From positions 1 to 60,257 of the IMG/VR virus record IMGVR_UViG_3300027759_000010: 60,257 nt of DNA. One strand, written 5' to 3'. Under the pieces are notes generated by a model that saw only the letters and a list, made by a program, of their open reading frames with translations, made no database searches and was not told where the DNA came from. The position numbers and the translations under genes are program-made. Source of the stretch: a virus. Its lineage: Duplodnaviria; Caudoviricetes. Positions 51,565-60,257 of this stretch are shown here, one piece after another. Numbering within the stretch: position 1 is the first letter of the stretch; each line of letters begins with the position of its first letter.

Positions 51565-52068
51565 TTACGGTGCAACAGGCCAGTCGATAGTCCAAGGAAA
51601 ACCTGCCTGTGCAGGCACATTGCGCAAAGCAGTACGGTATGTAGCCCATGCAGCCTTGTCAGCAGTGCTGTCGGCAATCTGAGTCCAATCGCAGTCCTTG
51701 AGCTTGTCAGTGCGTGAGACGCGAACCGACTTAGCCTGCTCAGCGTCTTTCATGGCCTTGTATGCAGCTTCGTTCTCAGCCGCAGTCTTGGCAGGGGTTG
51801 TGTCCGTTGCGGGGGTGTCTGTGAACACTGGGCCAAGGATGTACTTGGTGTACCACTTGCCGTCAACTTGCTCAACACCAGCGGCTTGCGAGTATTGATA
51901 GACCGTGCCGCCAGAGGCTTGTGGGCCTTCAAAGACTACATCAGCGCCCAAGGCTTCAAGCACCTCAGTTGTTGTTGTAACCCATGTAGGGCCACCGTTG
52001 GCTTTGGTGTATGCACGAAACTCTGCCTCGTACATTACTGCGCCTGTTTCTCTGATTCGTATTTGCAT
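51565..52068 (-). CDS. Tail fibre assembly chaperone
   Basis: R...L...DWTQ..D......W..YR.ALR.VP.Q.GFP....WP. Confidence 0.8.
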   Translation of the reverse strand: MQIRIRETGAVMYEAEFRAYTKANGGPTWVTTTTEVLEALGADVVFEGPQASGGTVYQYSQAAGVEQVDGKWYTKYILGPVFTDTPATDTTPAKTAAENEAAYKAMKDAEQAKSVRVSRTDKLKDCDWTQIADSTADKAAWATYRTALRNVPAQAGFPWTIDWPVAP

Positions 52069-52077
52069 GATGTGTCC

Positions 52078-54063
52078 TTATGCGATTGCAAGAAAGATGA
52101 ATGTTCCAGCACTTGCGTTGATTGCAGCGGGGGCTGTACTGCTAATCTCAAAACCTGTTGCGGCTGTGTCAATGTAGTCAGTACCTGTCACTTCAGCGTC
52201 AGTGGTGTTTAGCAAAAGGTAAGGGTCGTTACCAGCCACGATGCCACGGGCTGAGTCCCAGACATACCAATCGCCGGTGCTGTCAGTACGCTTTATGAGA
52301 ACAAAGCGGCTCCCCGCTGTGAAACCACAGTTGATGGTTTGTGTAGTTCCAGTACCTGTGTATGAGCCTACTTTGGAGACTCCAGCGCAGGTTGCAAATA
52401 GGTAGGCAACATAGGTATATCCACTGTTGTTGACGTTTGCCTCTGTACCAACACTAAAAACTGATGCTGTTGGTCTAGTACTGTTCCATGTGGTTGTTTC
52501 TCCCGCCAATTCCGCGTAGTCTCTATTTAGTATCATCTTTGAACTTGCTGGCAGTGTCGCTGAATAAATCATCCAACCGTCAATGACGTTACTCCTGCAC
52601 TTCACAATCATCAACTCAGGTACTGCCTGTAAGTTATGGCTCAGAGTTCTGTTTACCCCCGACCCCGTATAGCAAACCTCATCAAAGAAGCTGGGGGCGC
52701 GTCCAAAACTGTAATTTACGTACGGATACCCATTCCCGTTTGTGGGGAGATTGCCCGTCATTTTTACGCCATTTTGAACATCAAAGCCGTTAATAGATGG
52801 ATTAGAAACTTCAGCGCTTGTGCTATTTGAATTTAAATAAAAACTCGCGCCGCGAAGTCTGTCCCAAAAACTGTTTATTGAACTTGCAACACGGTCTGTG
52901 TTTGTGCTGAACATTAAATCAGTAGGCGTAACTGTTGACGTAACTGTTGCTGTTAATCCTGTACCTGTCCTAGCGATAGGCGCAAACACCTTAGTCGCAT
53001 CAGTAGGCACTTTCATCGGGCCACGGCGTATGGCTATGTAGATGACTTGTAATCCACTAGATTGACTAGTTACCTCAAATCCAGTTGCAGTCGGTTTCCA
53101 TCCACCTCTTGTTGTTTCTGCAGCAGATGTATTTGGAACAAGTTGCTTGGCAGAGCCTTGCGATGTACTATTATCCCAACCACGCATAGTATCAAATATT
53201 CTCCACTCTTCAGCAAAAGTTTCTGCTAGTTTAACTAACAAAAACTGTGGCTCATATCCAAGATTAACAACCGCATTTCCAGAACCATCTCCGACATAAC
53301 TCCCACACGAAATCACATTGTCCGTACCCGTCAGGCCAAAGCCTCCTGCGTCATGGGCGAATAGGTAGGCTACGTATGTTTCGCCATTGGCATTTGAATC
53401 TGATATAGAGCCATTAAAATACTCAGGAACAAACCATGTAGTTGAAATAGTTGAAGATGGATTTGTGGCTACGTATTGAGCGTTTGTTGCATTTAATTTA
53501 AGACCAAAACTATATGAATTATTAGTTATTCTTGCAATTGCATTCCAATCTCCAGTTGTACTTGTGCATTTATATACAATAAACCCGGGCTTCGAACCAA
53601 GATTGTGTGAAATTTGTCTATCAGAAGCACCATTGCCTGTCCACGTCACAATATCAAAAAACTTAGGTTGTTTGCGGAATGTCCATGAGACGTAGTTGTT
53701 GGCAGAAAGATTCCAGTAATCAGAAGCCCCGCTTACTGAAAAACCACTTGTAGTAAATGCAGACAATCCATCAGGAGAACCATTAGTTTGAGCACCTGTA
53801 CTGTTAGACTGAAGATAATTATATGCACCTCTTGCGGTGTCATACCACATTTGACCAGTTGAACCTGCCGTTCTGTTCTTAAACCAAACCAACCCACCCT
53901 TGGTAGACAAGTCAATGTTATTAGTAATGGTCTGTGATGTGCTGTTGCCCGTATAAAGGTATGTGCTGAACACTTCCTCAATATAGTTAGCAACAGTAGC
54001 AGCCTGTGCAAACTCCCCAAAGCCTTGAGCCGATGCCGCACCCCTTGTTTGTACTAATGGCAT
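52078..54063 (-). CDS. Tail fibre/receptor-binding protein with internal repeats
   Basis: 661 aa; repeated YTG.G, HNL, W..(W/F)D..RG and YVAYLFA units. Confidence 0.7.
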   Translation of the reverse strand: MPLVQTRGAASAQGFGEFAQAATVANYIEEVFSTYLYTGNSTSQTITNNIDLSTKGGLVWFKNRTAGSTGQMWYDTARGAYNYLQSNSTGAQTNGSPDGLSAFTTSGFSVSGASDYWNLSANNYVSWTFRKQPKFFDIVTWTGNGASDRQISHNLGSKPGFIVYKCTSTTGDWNAIARITNNSYSFGLKLNATNAQYVATNPSSTISTTWFVPEYFNGSISDSNANGETYVAYLFAHDAGGFGLTGTDNVISCGSYVGDGSGNAVVNLGYEPQFLLVKLAETFAEEWRIFDTMRGWDNSTSQGSAKQLVPNTSAAETTRGGWKPTATGFEVTSQSSGLQVIYIAIRRGPMKVPTDATKVFAPIARTGTGLTATVTSTVTPTDLMFSTNTDRVASSINSFWDRLRGASFYLNSNSTSAEVSNPSINGFDVQNGVKMTGNLPTNGNGYPYVNYSFGRAPSFFDEVCYTGSGVNRTLSHNLQAVPELMIVKCRSNVIDGWMIYSATLPASSKMILNRDYAELAGETTTWNSTRPTASVFSVGTEANVNNSGYTYVAYLFATCAGVSKVGSYTGTGTTQTINCGFTAGSRFVLIKRTDSTGDWYVWDSARGIVAGNDPYLLLNTTDAEVTGTDYIDTAATGFEISSTAPAAINASAGTFIFLAIA

Positions 54064-54072
54064 GATTGTCCT

Positions 54073-55203
54073 TTAAGCAAACTTGGTCTGTGAAGTAAAC
54101 ACAGTAAATGCCGCATTGCCCGTCTTGACGATTGTGTACATATACACATCAATGCTTGAAGCATTACCAGCCGCCCATGCAGTACCTCCTTGATATTTAG
54201 GAGTTACAGAACTTCCATCCACTTGAACCGCGCTGTTGTAATAAGCAGTCGCGCCCTGAGTAACTAAAAAAGCCGCAGTCACAGACTGACCCGTTGTCAT
54301 AGCAGTATTTAAAGAAGTGCCGCTAGAAGCTCTGAAATTAACTGTCCAGTTTGCTGATGCGGCAGTCGTGTAGTAAATAACAGATTGGGTAGTTACATCG
54401 TAGTTAATCGTGCCAGTAGCCGCTGTAGCTGATACTGTAGCAATCTCTGCCGTGTCGTTCAAGATCATTGCAAGTGCTGATGATGTGCCGCTAAAGGTTT
54501 GAGTGGCTGTAAAGGTTGTTGCTGTGCCGGGGGCCACATAATCCGTACCCGCAGTGGCATTTGCTAACGCGCCGCCAGAATTGGCTTTAAGAATTGCAGT
54601 GCCCGAGGGTGGGGCTAAGTAGTCAGTACCAGAAGTAGCCGCAGAGATTGCAGTGCCGTTACCTTTTAGAACACCCGTAATTGATGTTGTTAAAGTTAAA
54701 GCGGGAGTTGCGCCACCCGAACTTGTGCCTGCAAAACCATTACTCGATGCAACGGATACTGCGGTTACGGTGCCTGTCCCGGCAGTGCTGGTGGCAATCT
54801 TTACGTAGTCAGTGCCGTTGTAGTACACAAAACACTTCTCACCCACAGCAACGGAAACACCGGATTGGCCAGCGGCTTTAAAAGTTACCGCGCTGGTAGC
54901 GCCTGCGTGATCCACCATGTACAGCTTGCTGTAGCTGGGAGCAGTGATAACCTTGGTAACAGTTTGCGTGCCGGTGATACGAATCACCATGTACTGGGCT
55001 GTGGTAGTAGTTATTGCATTTCCCGACGCGCTACCTGTGGTGTTTGCCAATGTAATAGCACCATCACCCGCAAAAGACAACGTACCCGCAATGGCAATGT
55101 CAAGGTAGTCAGAAATGCCGTAGTTGACTGTGTCGCCCCACGTACCAGAGAGCGTCCCCTGTGTGGGGGTGACTAAGCCCAAAAGAGTCGTTGTAGCTGC
55201 CAT
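54073..55203 (-). CDS. Tail fibre protein
   Basis: 376 aa Thr/Ala/Gly-rich; SGTWG.T.N N terminus, GTVTAVSV, GTDY repeats. Confidence 0.7.
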   Translation of the reverse strand: MAATTTLLGLVTPTQGTLSGTWGDTVNYGISDYLDIAIAGTLSFAGDGAITLANTTGSASGNAITTTTAQYMVIRITGTQTVTKVITAPSYSKLYMVDHAGATSAVTFKAAGQSGVSVAVGEKCFVYYNGTDYVKIATSTAGTGTVTAVSVASSNGFAGTSSGGATPALTLTTSITGVLKGNGTAISAATSGTDYLAPPSGTAILKANSGGALANATAGTDYVAPGTATTFTATQTFSGTSSALAMILNDTAEIATVSATAATGTINYDVTTQSVIYYTTAASANWTVNFRASSGTSLNTAMTTGQSVTAAFLVTQGATAYYNSAVQVDGSSVTPKYQGGTAWAAGNASSIDVYMYTIVKTGNAAFTVFTSQTKFA

Positions 55204-55213
55204 TTAAGTGCTC

Positions 55214-55957
55214 CTAATTCGTTGCAACAGCAGTCCAACCCGCCGTTTGTGTGTTACCGATATTTTGCCAGTTTGCGGTCTGCGTGTCATCTATTACATC
55301 CCAGAAAGGCCGTGATGTGATTGAATCTGTTCCCGTTGCCAACTCATTAATGGAAGCTATAAACGCCGCCGCCGCTGCCAATGTATCTGCGCTCGTTGCA
55401 GTTTCTACTACCGATGCACCCAAGCTAGCCGTTGTTGTAACCGCATCCGTACCTGTTGCACTCTCAGTAACCGAAGAACTCAATGTAAGCAACGAACTAA
55501 CGGCATCCGACCCTGTGGCTGACTCCGTTATTGCCCCAAAGAACGTAAAACTAGAATTGACTGCCTCTGTACCTGTTGCAGTCTCTGCAACTGTAGCCGC
55601 GTACACAGGAGCACTTGATACCGCATCCGCCCCCGTTGCTGTCTCCGCTATGATTGGGAAGTACGTTAGTGCTCCTGTTATTGCGTCACTACCCGTACTT
55701 GTCTCAGTAACCGAAGTTCCAAACCCTTGCGCCGCTACAACATCGTCTGTGCCCGTTGCCGTTTCCGTAACCGCCGCATTTACTGCAACCGACGAAACTA
55801 CGTCATCCGACCCCGTTCCTGTTTCGCTAACCGAAGCCGCTAGTGCCACTAACGCCGTTACTGCGTCCGATCCCGTAGATGTTTCGTCAACCGTGCTTGA
55901 AAAAGCCGTGAAGCCCCAGCCACCTTCACCCCATGTGCCGGAACCCCACGCTGACAT
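55214..55957 (-). CDS. Repeat-containing structural protein
   Basis: About 8 repeats of 25 aa with E(T/S)xT(G/S)xD core; WG.G.WG..GWG N terminus. Confidence 0.7.
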   Translation of the reverse strand: MSAWGSGTWGEGGWGFTAFSSTVDETSTGSDAVTALVALAASVSETGTGSDDVVSSVAVNAAVTETATGTDDVVAAQGFGTSVTETSTGSDAITGALTYFPIIAETATGADAVSSAPVYAATVAETATGTEAVNSSFTFFGAITESATGSDAVSSLLTLSSSVTESATGTDAVTTTASLGASVVETATSADTLAAAAAFIASINELATGTDSITSRPFWDVIDDTQTANWQNIGNTQTAGWTAVATN

Positions 55958-55958
55958 A

Positions 55959-56537
55959 TTAAGCCGCCAAGCTGAATGTGTAAGTCACAGACAAAGTATC
56001 GCTGTTTACCACAGAACGGTCGCCGGGTGAGCCAAAGTCAGCCGCAGAGAACAATGTACCTGTCGTGCCACTCTTAGCACTACCGCTGGTCAGGAAAGCC
56101 CCGCCTACGGTTGTTGTACCGTTGATGTTGAACACAGCAGGGGAAGCTGTGTTAGTCACTACAGAAGGATTGGCAGTGGTAGCCGTTACGAACGTAGCAG
56201 CCACACGAGTGGCGTTGCTATAGGTTACATTTTCTGTCCAGCCAGCGTGGGAGGCCATTGTGTCGCCAGCCGCAGGTGTATTAGAAGCGCCAGCGCCATA
56301 CAAACCCAAATACCAAGTGGTGATCTGGGTTACTGAAGTCAAAGCTGAACCCGCCATGTACGCCAGACCTGCATTGACTACAAGATTCTTAGACTTCGCT
56401 TCCCACTTCAGGTTGCCGTCTTTGTCGTGGCATTTGATTTCAAACAAACCGGTCGCTTTTGCGTCCTCACCGGCTTTGATGTTACAGGTCAGACCACTAG
56501 AAACAGTGTCAATGGCTTTAAGTTTTTCGGTGGTCAT
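55959..56537 (-). CDS. Putative tail/structural protein
   Basis: DKDGNLKW....NLVVNAG, GAFL, DTLSVTYT. Confidence 0.7.
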   Translation of the reverse strand: MTTEKLKAIDTVSSGLTCNIKAGEDAKATGLFEIKCHDKDGNLKWEAKSKNLVVNAGLAYMAGSALTSVTQITTWYLGLYGAGASNTPAAGDTMASHAGWTENVTYSNATRVAATFVTATTANPSVVTNTASPAVFNINGTTTVGGAFLTSGSAKSGTTGTLFSAADFGSPGDRSVVNSDTLSVTYTFSLAA

Positions 56538-56546
56538 ATTGACTCC

Positions 56547-56966
56547 TTAATTAGAACTACGAATAAGAGCCGCCGTAGCGGTGTTTGCGGGCATGGTGAT
56601 TGTAAATGTGATGGTGGACGTCTTATCGGATCCAAAGTCTAAAACAGCAACGGATTTGTTGCCCTGACTGGAGTTGTAGATCAACGCACACCGCGCTGTG
56701 ATAGCCCCTGTCCACGAGATGTTTGGGAAGCCCACATAGGCTGTGTATCCAGAAGACGATACCGTAATGGGCGTTAGTGTTGCCCCACCAGCAGCGTACG
56801 TGCCCGTGTTGGCTACTTCATTTGTAGCGGAGTACGCCGTTGTTGTCTCGTCTAAATTAGCAGAAGCTGTGTACAAAGCAATCTTTATGACATCCGTAGT
56901 CAAGTCGTGGACGCCTTTATAAAGCTCCACTTTAAACGACGTAGTTTGGGTTTGGACAATGCTCAC
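56547..56966 (-). CDS. Putative tail/structural protein
   Basis: SFK.EL..G.HD....KIALYT...Y.AGG.TL...ARCALIYN...VLDFG.DK. Confidence 0.7.
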   Translation of the reverse strand: MSIVQTQTTSFKVELYKGVHDLTTDVIKIALYTASANLDETTTAYSATNEVANTGTYAAGGATLTPITVSSSGYTAYVGFPNISWTGAITARCALIYNSSQGNKSVAVLDFGSDKTSTITFTITMPANTATAALIRSSN

Positions 56967-57625
56967 GTTGTGATCCGTAGTTTAGTTTGTCCATCACGGT
57001 ACGCATCACCGCGCTCAAGTCCGTCGCCCAGACGTTTAGCCAACGCAAGTGCTTCTTGGTACTTACCGTTGTACAGCGCCATCATGTCTTGCTCACCTTT
57101 CATGTAGGTGTACGCCTCAACCAAAGAACCGTACAACAGCACCGTGTCAAAGTTATCGCCCAGCCACGAAGTAAAGGGTGCCACGGTAATACTTGGCGGG
57201 TAAAAATAGTAGTGCAGTTCGGAACTGTACGCCGCATCGGGTGTTGGGCCAAGAATAAAAGTTAGCTCTGCTGCGTTATCCGAGCGTGGGCCAAACAAAG
57301 CGTAGTACTTAGGGATCCCCTTGTCTGTGGGCTGTGGATACGCTTGCCGGATAAAGTTAACGTCTTTGTTCAACAAATACTCATACTCACCGCTGGCGTT
57401 AATGACGGCCAACGAGTACACCGCTAAGAAATCTGTAGGGCACTGCAAGTACTTATTATTTGTAGTCATTGACCCCGTTACGTTCTTGCGAATAGAGGGG
57501 AACTGCACTGAGTTGTAGATACGCTGCTCAGCCTGCGTAACGAACACGGGAATATTAGCCACGAAATCTGTTTCCGTGTTCTCCGTGTACGCTTGAATCG
57601 CGTTGCTGAGTTCAGTGTAATTCAT
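56963..57625 (-). CDS. Putative head-tail adaptor protein
   Basis: MNY.EL...I..Y.E...AE.RI, G.PKYYA, PTPD..Y, LLYGSL.EA. Confidence 0.7.
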   Translation of the reverse strand: MNYTELSNAIQAYTENTETDFVANIPVFVTQAEQRIYNSVQFPSIRKNVTGSMTTNNKYLQCPTDFLAVYSLAVINASGEYEYLLNKDVNFIRQAYPQPTDKGIPKYYALFGPRSDNAAELTFILGPTPDAAYSSELHYYFYPPSITVAPFTSWLGDNFDTVLLYGSLVEAYTYMKGEQDMMALYNGKYQEALALAKRLGDGLERGDAYRDGQTKLRITT

Positions 57626-57882
57626 GCCATTGGGCCTCTGGCTGTAATGCCCTTAGTAGCCGCGCCGTTACCACGGGTGACGATACCGGATGTCTTAGTT
57701 GGGTTTTCACCGTTGTTAATGACACCAACACTCATTCTCATGGTGCTAAGGCTGCTAATGCTGGAATCCTTGCCGGGATTTTCTGACATCACCAAAACTT
57801 TGCCGTTCATTTTGTGCGGCACAGCATAAGTGGCGGCGTCGCCAACTTCTTTACCCATAACTTTTTTGCTGAATTTAGCCAT
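57622..57882 (-). CDS. Small basic protein with C-terminal RGNGAATKG tag
   Basis: 86 aa; GGAGG RBS. Confidence 0.7.
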   Translation of the reverse strand: MAKFSKKVMGKEVGDAATYAVPHKMNGKVLVMSENPGKDSSISSLSTMRMSVGVINNGENPTKTSGIVTRGNGAATKGITARGPMA

Positions 57883-57884
57883 GA

Positions 57885-58085
57885 TTAGCCTCCACGTTGG
57901 TTAGCAACTTTAGCCATGCCACGACCGTACTTGAGCATCATCTCATTGGTCTTACCGCCCTTAGCTAGCTTTGTAGGTGGTTTGCCGGGGTGCATGTTTT
58001 TCTCGTGTTTACCGATAGCAGACTTAATCATCTTTTTGTCCTGCGCCATGTCCATCTTCATGTCTGCTTTTGCGTCATCATGTTT
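57885..58085 (-). CDS. Small basic protein with LAKGG motif
   Basis: About 67 aa (ORF track 57885-58088); AAGGAG RBS. Confidence 0.65.
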   Translation of the reverse strand, partial: KHDDAKADMKMDMAQDKKMIKSAIGKHEKNMHPGKPPTKLAKGGKTNEMMLKYGRGMAKVANQRGG

Positions 58086-58099
58086 CATATTAAACTCCT

Positions 58100-58483
58100 T
58101 TAATTAACTGTAACTGTACCAACAAATGTCGTTGCCACCAAGTAGTTTGGCGTCAGAGCGGCATCAAAATTACTGGCCCCACCTACTGGGTTCCAACCCC
58201 ACTGAATGTCTCGTGAACCACCGGTCGGATTGCCAGCAGTGTTTACGCCCGCCGTAACGTAGGTTGAGTCGTGGCGTGGATTGCGCACCGCTTGTGGGTC
58301 ATCTACTGGGTACATACCCAACTGCAACTGCGGCTGGTCAGGATCAAAACATTGAGGGCAAACAAGTAGGTTATATATCTTGGTCTTTTGTATCTCTTTA
58401 CGAAGCGCTGTCAATTTAAACTGAAAACCGCAGCGATCACACATAGCAATACTGTTTTTACCAGAGGCAAAACGATTACCCAT
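58100..58483 (-). CDS. Conserved zinc-binding phage protein
   Basis: MGNRFASGK...CDRCG...VCPQC.DPDQPQL. Confidence 0.75.
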   Translation of the reverse strand: MGNRFASGKNSIAMCDRCGFQFKLTALRKEIQKTKIYNLLVCPQCFDPDQPQLQLGMYPVDDPQAVRNPRHDSTYVTAGVNTAGNPTGGSRDIQWGWNPVGGASNFDAALTPNYLVATTFVGTVTVN

Positions 58484-58943
58484 GTGCCACCTCAAACTTA
58501 TTCTTCTTGCGTATGTTGTCTACGCCGCGCAAAAACTGAAGGTTGTTTGGTACATGCAACCCAGACACAAGTTTACCTTGCAGTGGGACTACGTGGTCAA
58601 CATGCCACGGTTCTTCGTTGTTACGCGCCAGCATTGCCGCAACCGAGTAGTAGCATTTAATTTTTAACCGGTCAAACGGTGAAAGCCACACAGGTGTACG
58701 TTGCTTAATCACTTTTTTGCGCATCGAACACAAAAAGTTTATTTTGCCTTTGTTTGCTTGCCGGTACTCTCGTTTTTGCGCTAGGCTTGCTTCTTGTGTA
58801 GCGTAATACGCAGCCCGTTTGTTGGCAATAATTTTCTCTTTATTAGCCGCCCTGTAAGCGCGTTTAACCTCTGCAATACGGGCTTTGTTGGCCTCGTAGT
58901 ACGCCTTGTGGTACGCAGTGTCGGTAACGCGCTTTGGCTTCAT
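58476..58943 (-). CDS. HNH endonuclease
   Basis: TP.W, WHVDHVVPLQGKLVSGLHVPNNLQ.L....N..K.N; start MKPKR overlaps the upstream stop. Confidence 0.85.
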   Translation of the reverse strand: MKPKRVTDTAYHKAYYEANKARIAEVKRAYRAANKEKIIANKRAAYYATQEASLAQKREYRQANKGKINFLCSMRKKVIKQRTPVWLSPFDRLKIKCYYSVAAMLARNNEEPWHVDHVVPLQGKLVSGLHVPNNLQFLRGVDNIRKKNKFEVAHG

Positions 58944-59890
58944 GTGCCGCTTCCAATAAACATCTGCCGAGGCACGAATCTGACACTTGCTTTTTCTCTG
59001 TCCTCGGTTGCAGCCAACTCCCAAGCCTCATCGTACTGTTGCTTTAGTACAGGCAAGCGTTCAGCGCCGCCAACAATTTTTAACGCCAGATAGTACGCAA
59101 GGCCAGCGGCCAAACATGGGATAAACCTGAACGGCACGTCCATCACGTTCACACCACCACCGGCATCCTGCGTGCGGCGTAAGCGCCAGTAGACAAATGT
59201 GTATTGCTGCGATCCATCAGGAGTCGGCCAGACCGTAACGGCGGGGACTTGCGCCCAGTACACAGTAGCCGCAGCGGTATGAGCCGCAGCGATCGTTTCT
59301 TGCTGGCCACGGGAGCAGTTAAACAGCGTACCCGTCTTAGCGTTTGCGTTCTGGGTGATGTAACCGTAGTTGATGATCTCGTCATCAATCTTAACGAAGC
59401 CCGTAGCGGGTAGACCCGTTACATCATTCAGCACAATGGATGTACTCGTAGACGTAATTGTTGTTGTAAGCGTCGCAGCAACCGGGGTATTTTGGCCGTT
59501 GTACCGCTGAATCCAGACTTGGATCGGTCTGGCTTGTTGAATCTTGTTGGGGATCGTAGCGTACGTAGAAACACTAATACGTGTGATCGTTAAGTCAGCC
59601 TGTGTATTGGCTACATTGTTGCCGGTACGTATAACGTGCTCGATCAGATCCACTGTGTCATCTGGCAGGGCGTATGTATTCTGGCCTTGAACAAGAGTGA
59701 TCTCACCTTGCTCCATTGTCCACATATTGATACCGCGATTGGCCCAATCTGCAAACATGATGTTCAAGCTACGGCGGGCAGTACGCAAGTCGTAACCAGT
59801 ACGCATCTCGCTTCCGGCGCGTTCAAACGCCTCCTCAACTAGCTCATCGAGTTGGAGGTTAAAACTAGATGCGCCAGAAGTAATTGCCAT
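58940..59890 (-). CDS. Putative head-tail adaptor/connector protein with an inserted beta domain
   Basis: EEAFERAG...ARRSLN.M...WANRG.N.WT, WPTPD, P.RF...L..GLAYYLA. Confidence 0.7.
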   Translation of the reverse strand: MAITSGASSFNLQLDELVEEAFERAGSEMRTGYDLRTARRSLNIMFADWANRGINMWTMEQGEITLVQGQNTYALPDDTVDLIEHVIRTGNNVANTQADLTITRISVSTYATIPNKIQQARPIQVWIQRYNGQNTPVAATLTTTITSTSTSIVLNDVTGLPATGFVKIDDEIINYGYITQNANAKTGTLFNCSRGQQETIAAAHTAAATVYWAQVPAVTVWPTPDGSQQYTFVYWRLRRTQDAGGGVNVMDVPFRFIPCLAAGLAYYLALKIVGGAERLPVLKQQYDEAWELAATEDREKASVRFVPRQMFIGSGT

Positions 59891-60123
59891 TATCTAAACC
59901 CTGCCGTTTTCTTTGCAATTGTTTTGGGTTGGGCTACGAACTGCTTCCCGGCGGCTTTTCCTGCTCGCTTGGCTTTGGTCGTTGCAGCGTACTCACTAGA
60001 GCTAAGACTTTTAATCGCAGCGCTTGGAAGGTATCTTTCACCTGTTTCAGAAGATTTTTTACCACTTTTTGTTCTCCATTTTTGGTCGCCCCAGTCTTTC
60101 AGGGATTTCTGCGGGGCTTTCAT
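59890..60123 (-). CDS. Small basic protein resembling the C-terminal half of DUF5872 proteins
   Basis: QKSLKDW..QKWRTKSG......ERYLP..A...LS..E...T...KR.....GKQFV. Confidence 0.75.
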   Translation of the reverse strand: MKAPQKSLKDWGDQKWRTKSGKKSSETGERYLPSAAIKSLSSSEYAATTKAKRAGKAAGKQFVAQPKTIAKKTAGFR

Positions 60124-60130
60124 CTCAGTC

Positions 60131-60257
60131 CTTGTACCCGCCGCCAGCAGCTTTATAACGTTTAGCCATCAATTGAGCTTTACGGGCCGACCACTCGCCA
60201 GCACCTGTACCCTGCACTGCGGCAGCTTTTACGCTGTTAAAAATACGCTTGCGTAGC
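60131..60257. repeat. 127-bp terminal direct repeat, copy 2 (circular assembly overlap)
   Basis: Identical to 1-127. Confidence 0.97.

Noticed and set aside
52078-54063. Tail fibre repeats as a diversity-generating retroelement target
   Set aside because: No reverse transcriptase and no near-identical TR/VR pair differing at adenines; the repeats are diverged protein-level duplications

Overview
The window is an apparently complete, circularly assembled tailed-phage genome of about 60,130 bp. Bases 1-127 are identical to 60131-60257, and a gene reads through the junction. It has two arms. The + strand arm (about 12.1-33.7 kb) holds small early genes, a MoxR-type AAA+/vWA-metallopeptidase module, family A DNA polymerase, VRR-NUC and PD-(D/E)XK nucleases, an SNF2 helicase and a primase-helicase. 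The - strand arm (11.7 kb to 1, then 60.1 kb to 33.8 kb) holds terminase, portal, GroES, a Mu gpT-like major capsid protein, small basic proteins, adaptor and tail-fibre genes, a lysis cassette and very large ejection-type proteins. I see no tail tube, sheath, integrase or RNA polymerase, which suggests a podovirus-like phage; sigma70 promoters and IHF sites point to a proteobacterial host (inference). The most notable signals are: (1) about 20 copies of a 14-bp dyad CTAAC-N4-GTTAG seen only in the early 10 kb, often built into stop and start codons; (2) a possible virion cargo system, in which small basic proteins share a C-terminal G-x-ATKGKTxGxM tag and at least 8 late proteins carry hydrophobic-[AK]-x-GG motifs, alongside one GPGDG..SDSIP..GEFV domain that may process them; (3) a kissing-hairpin RNA downstream of the capsid gene; (4) an origin-like region with two inverted IHF sites; (5) a candidate anti-Shine-Dalgarno sRNA. 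All family assignments come from motif recognition by eye; no database search was run.
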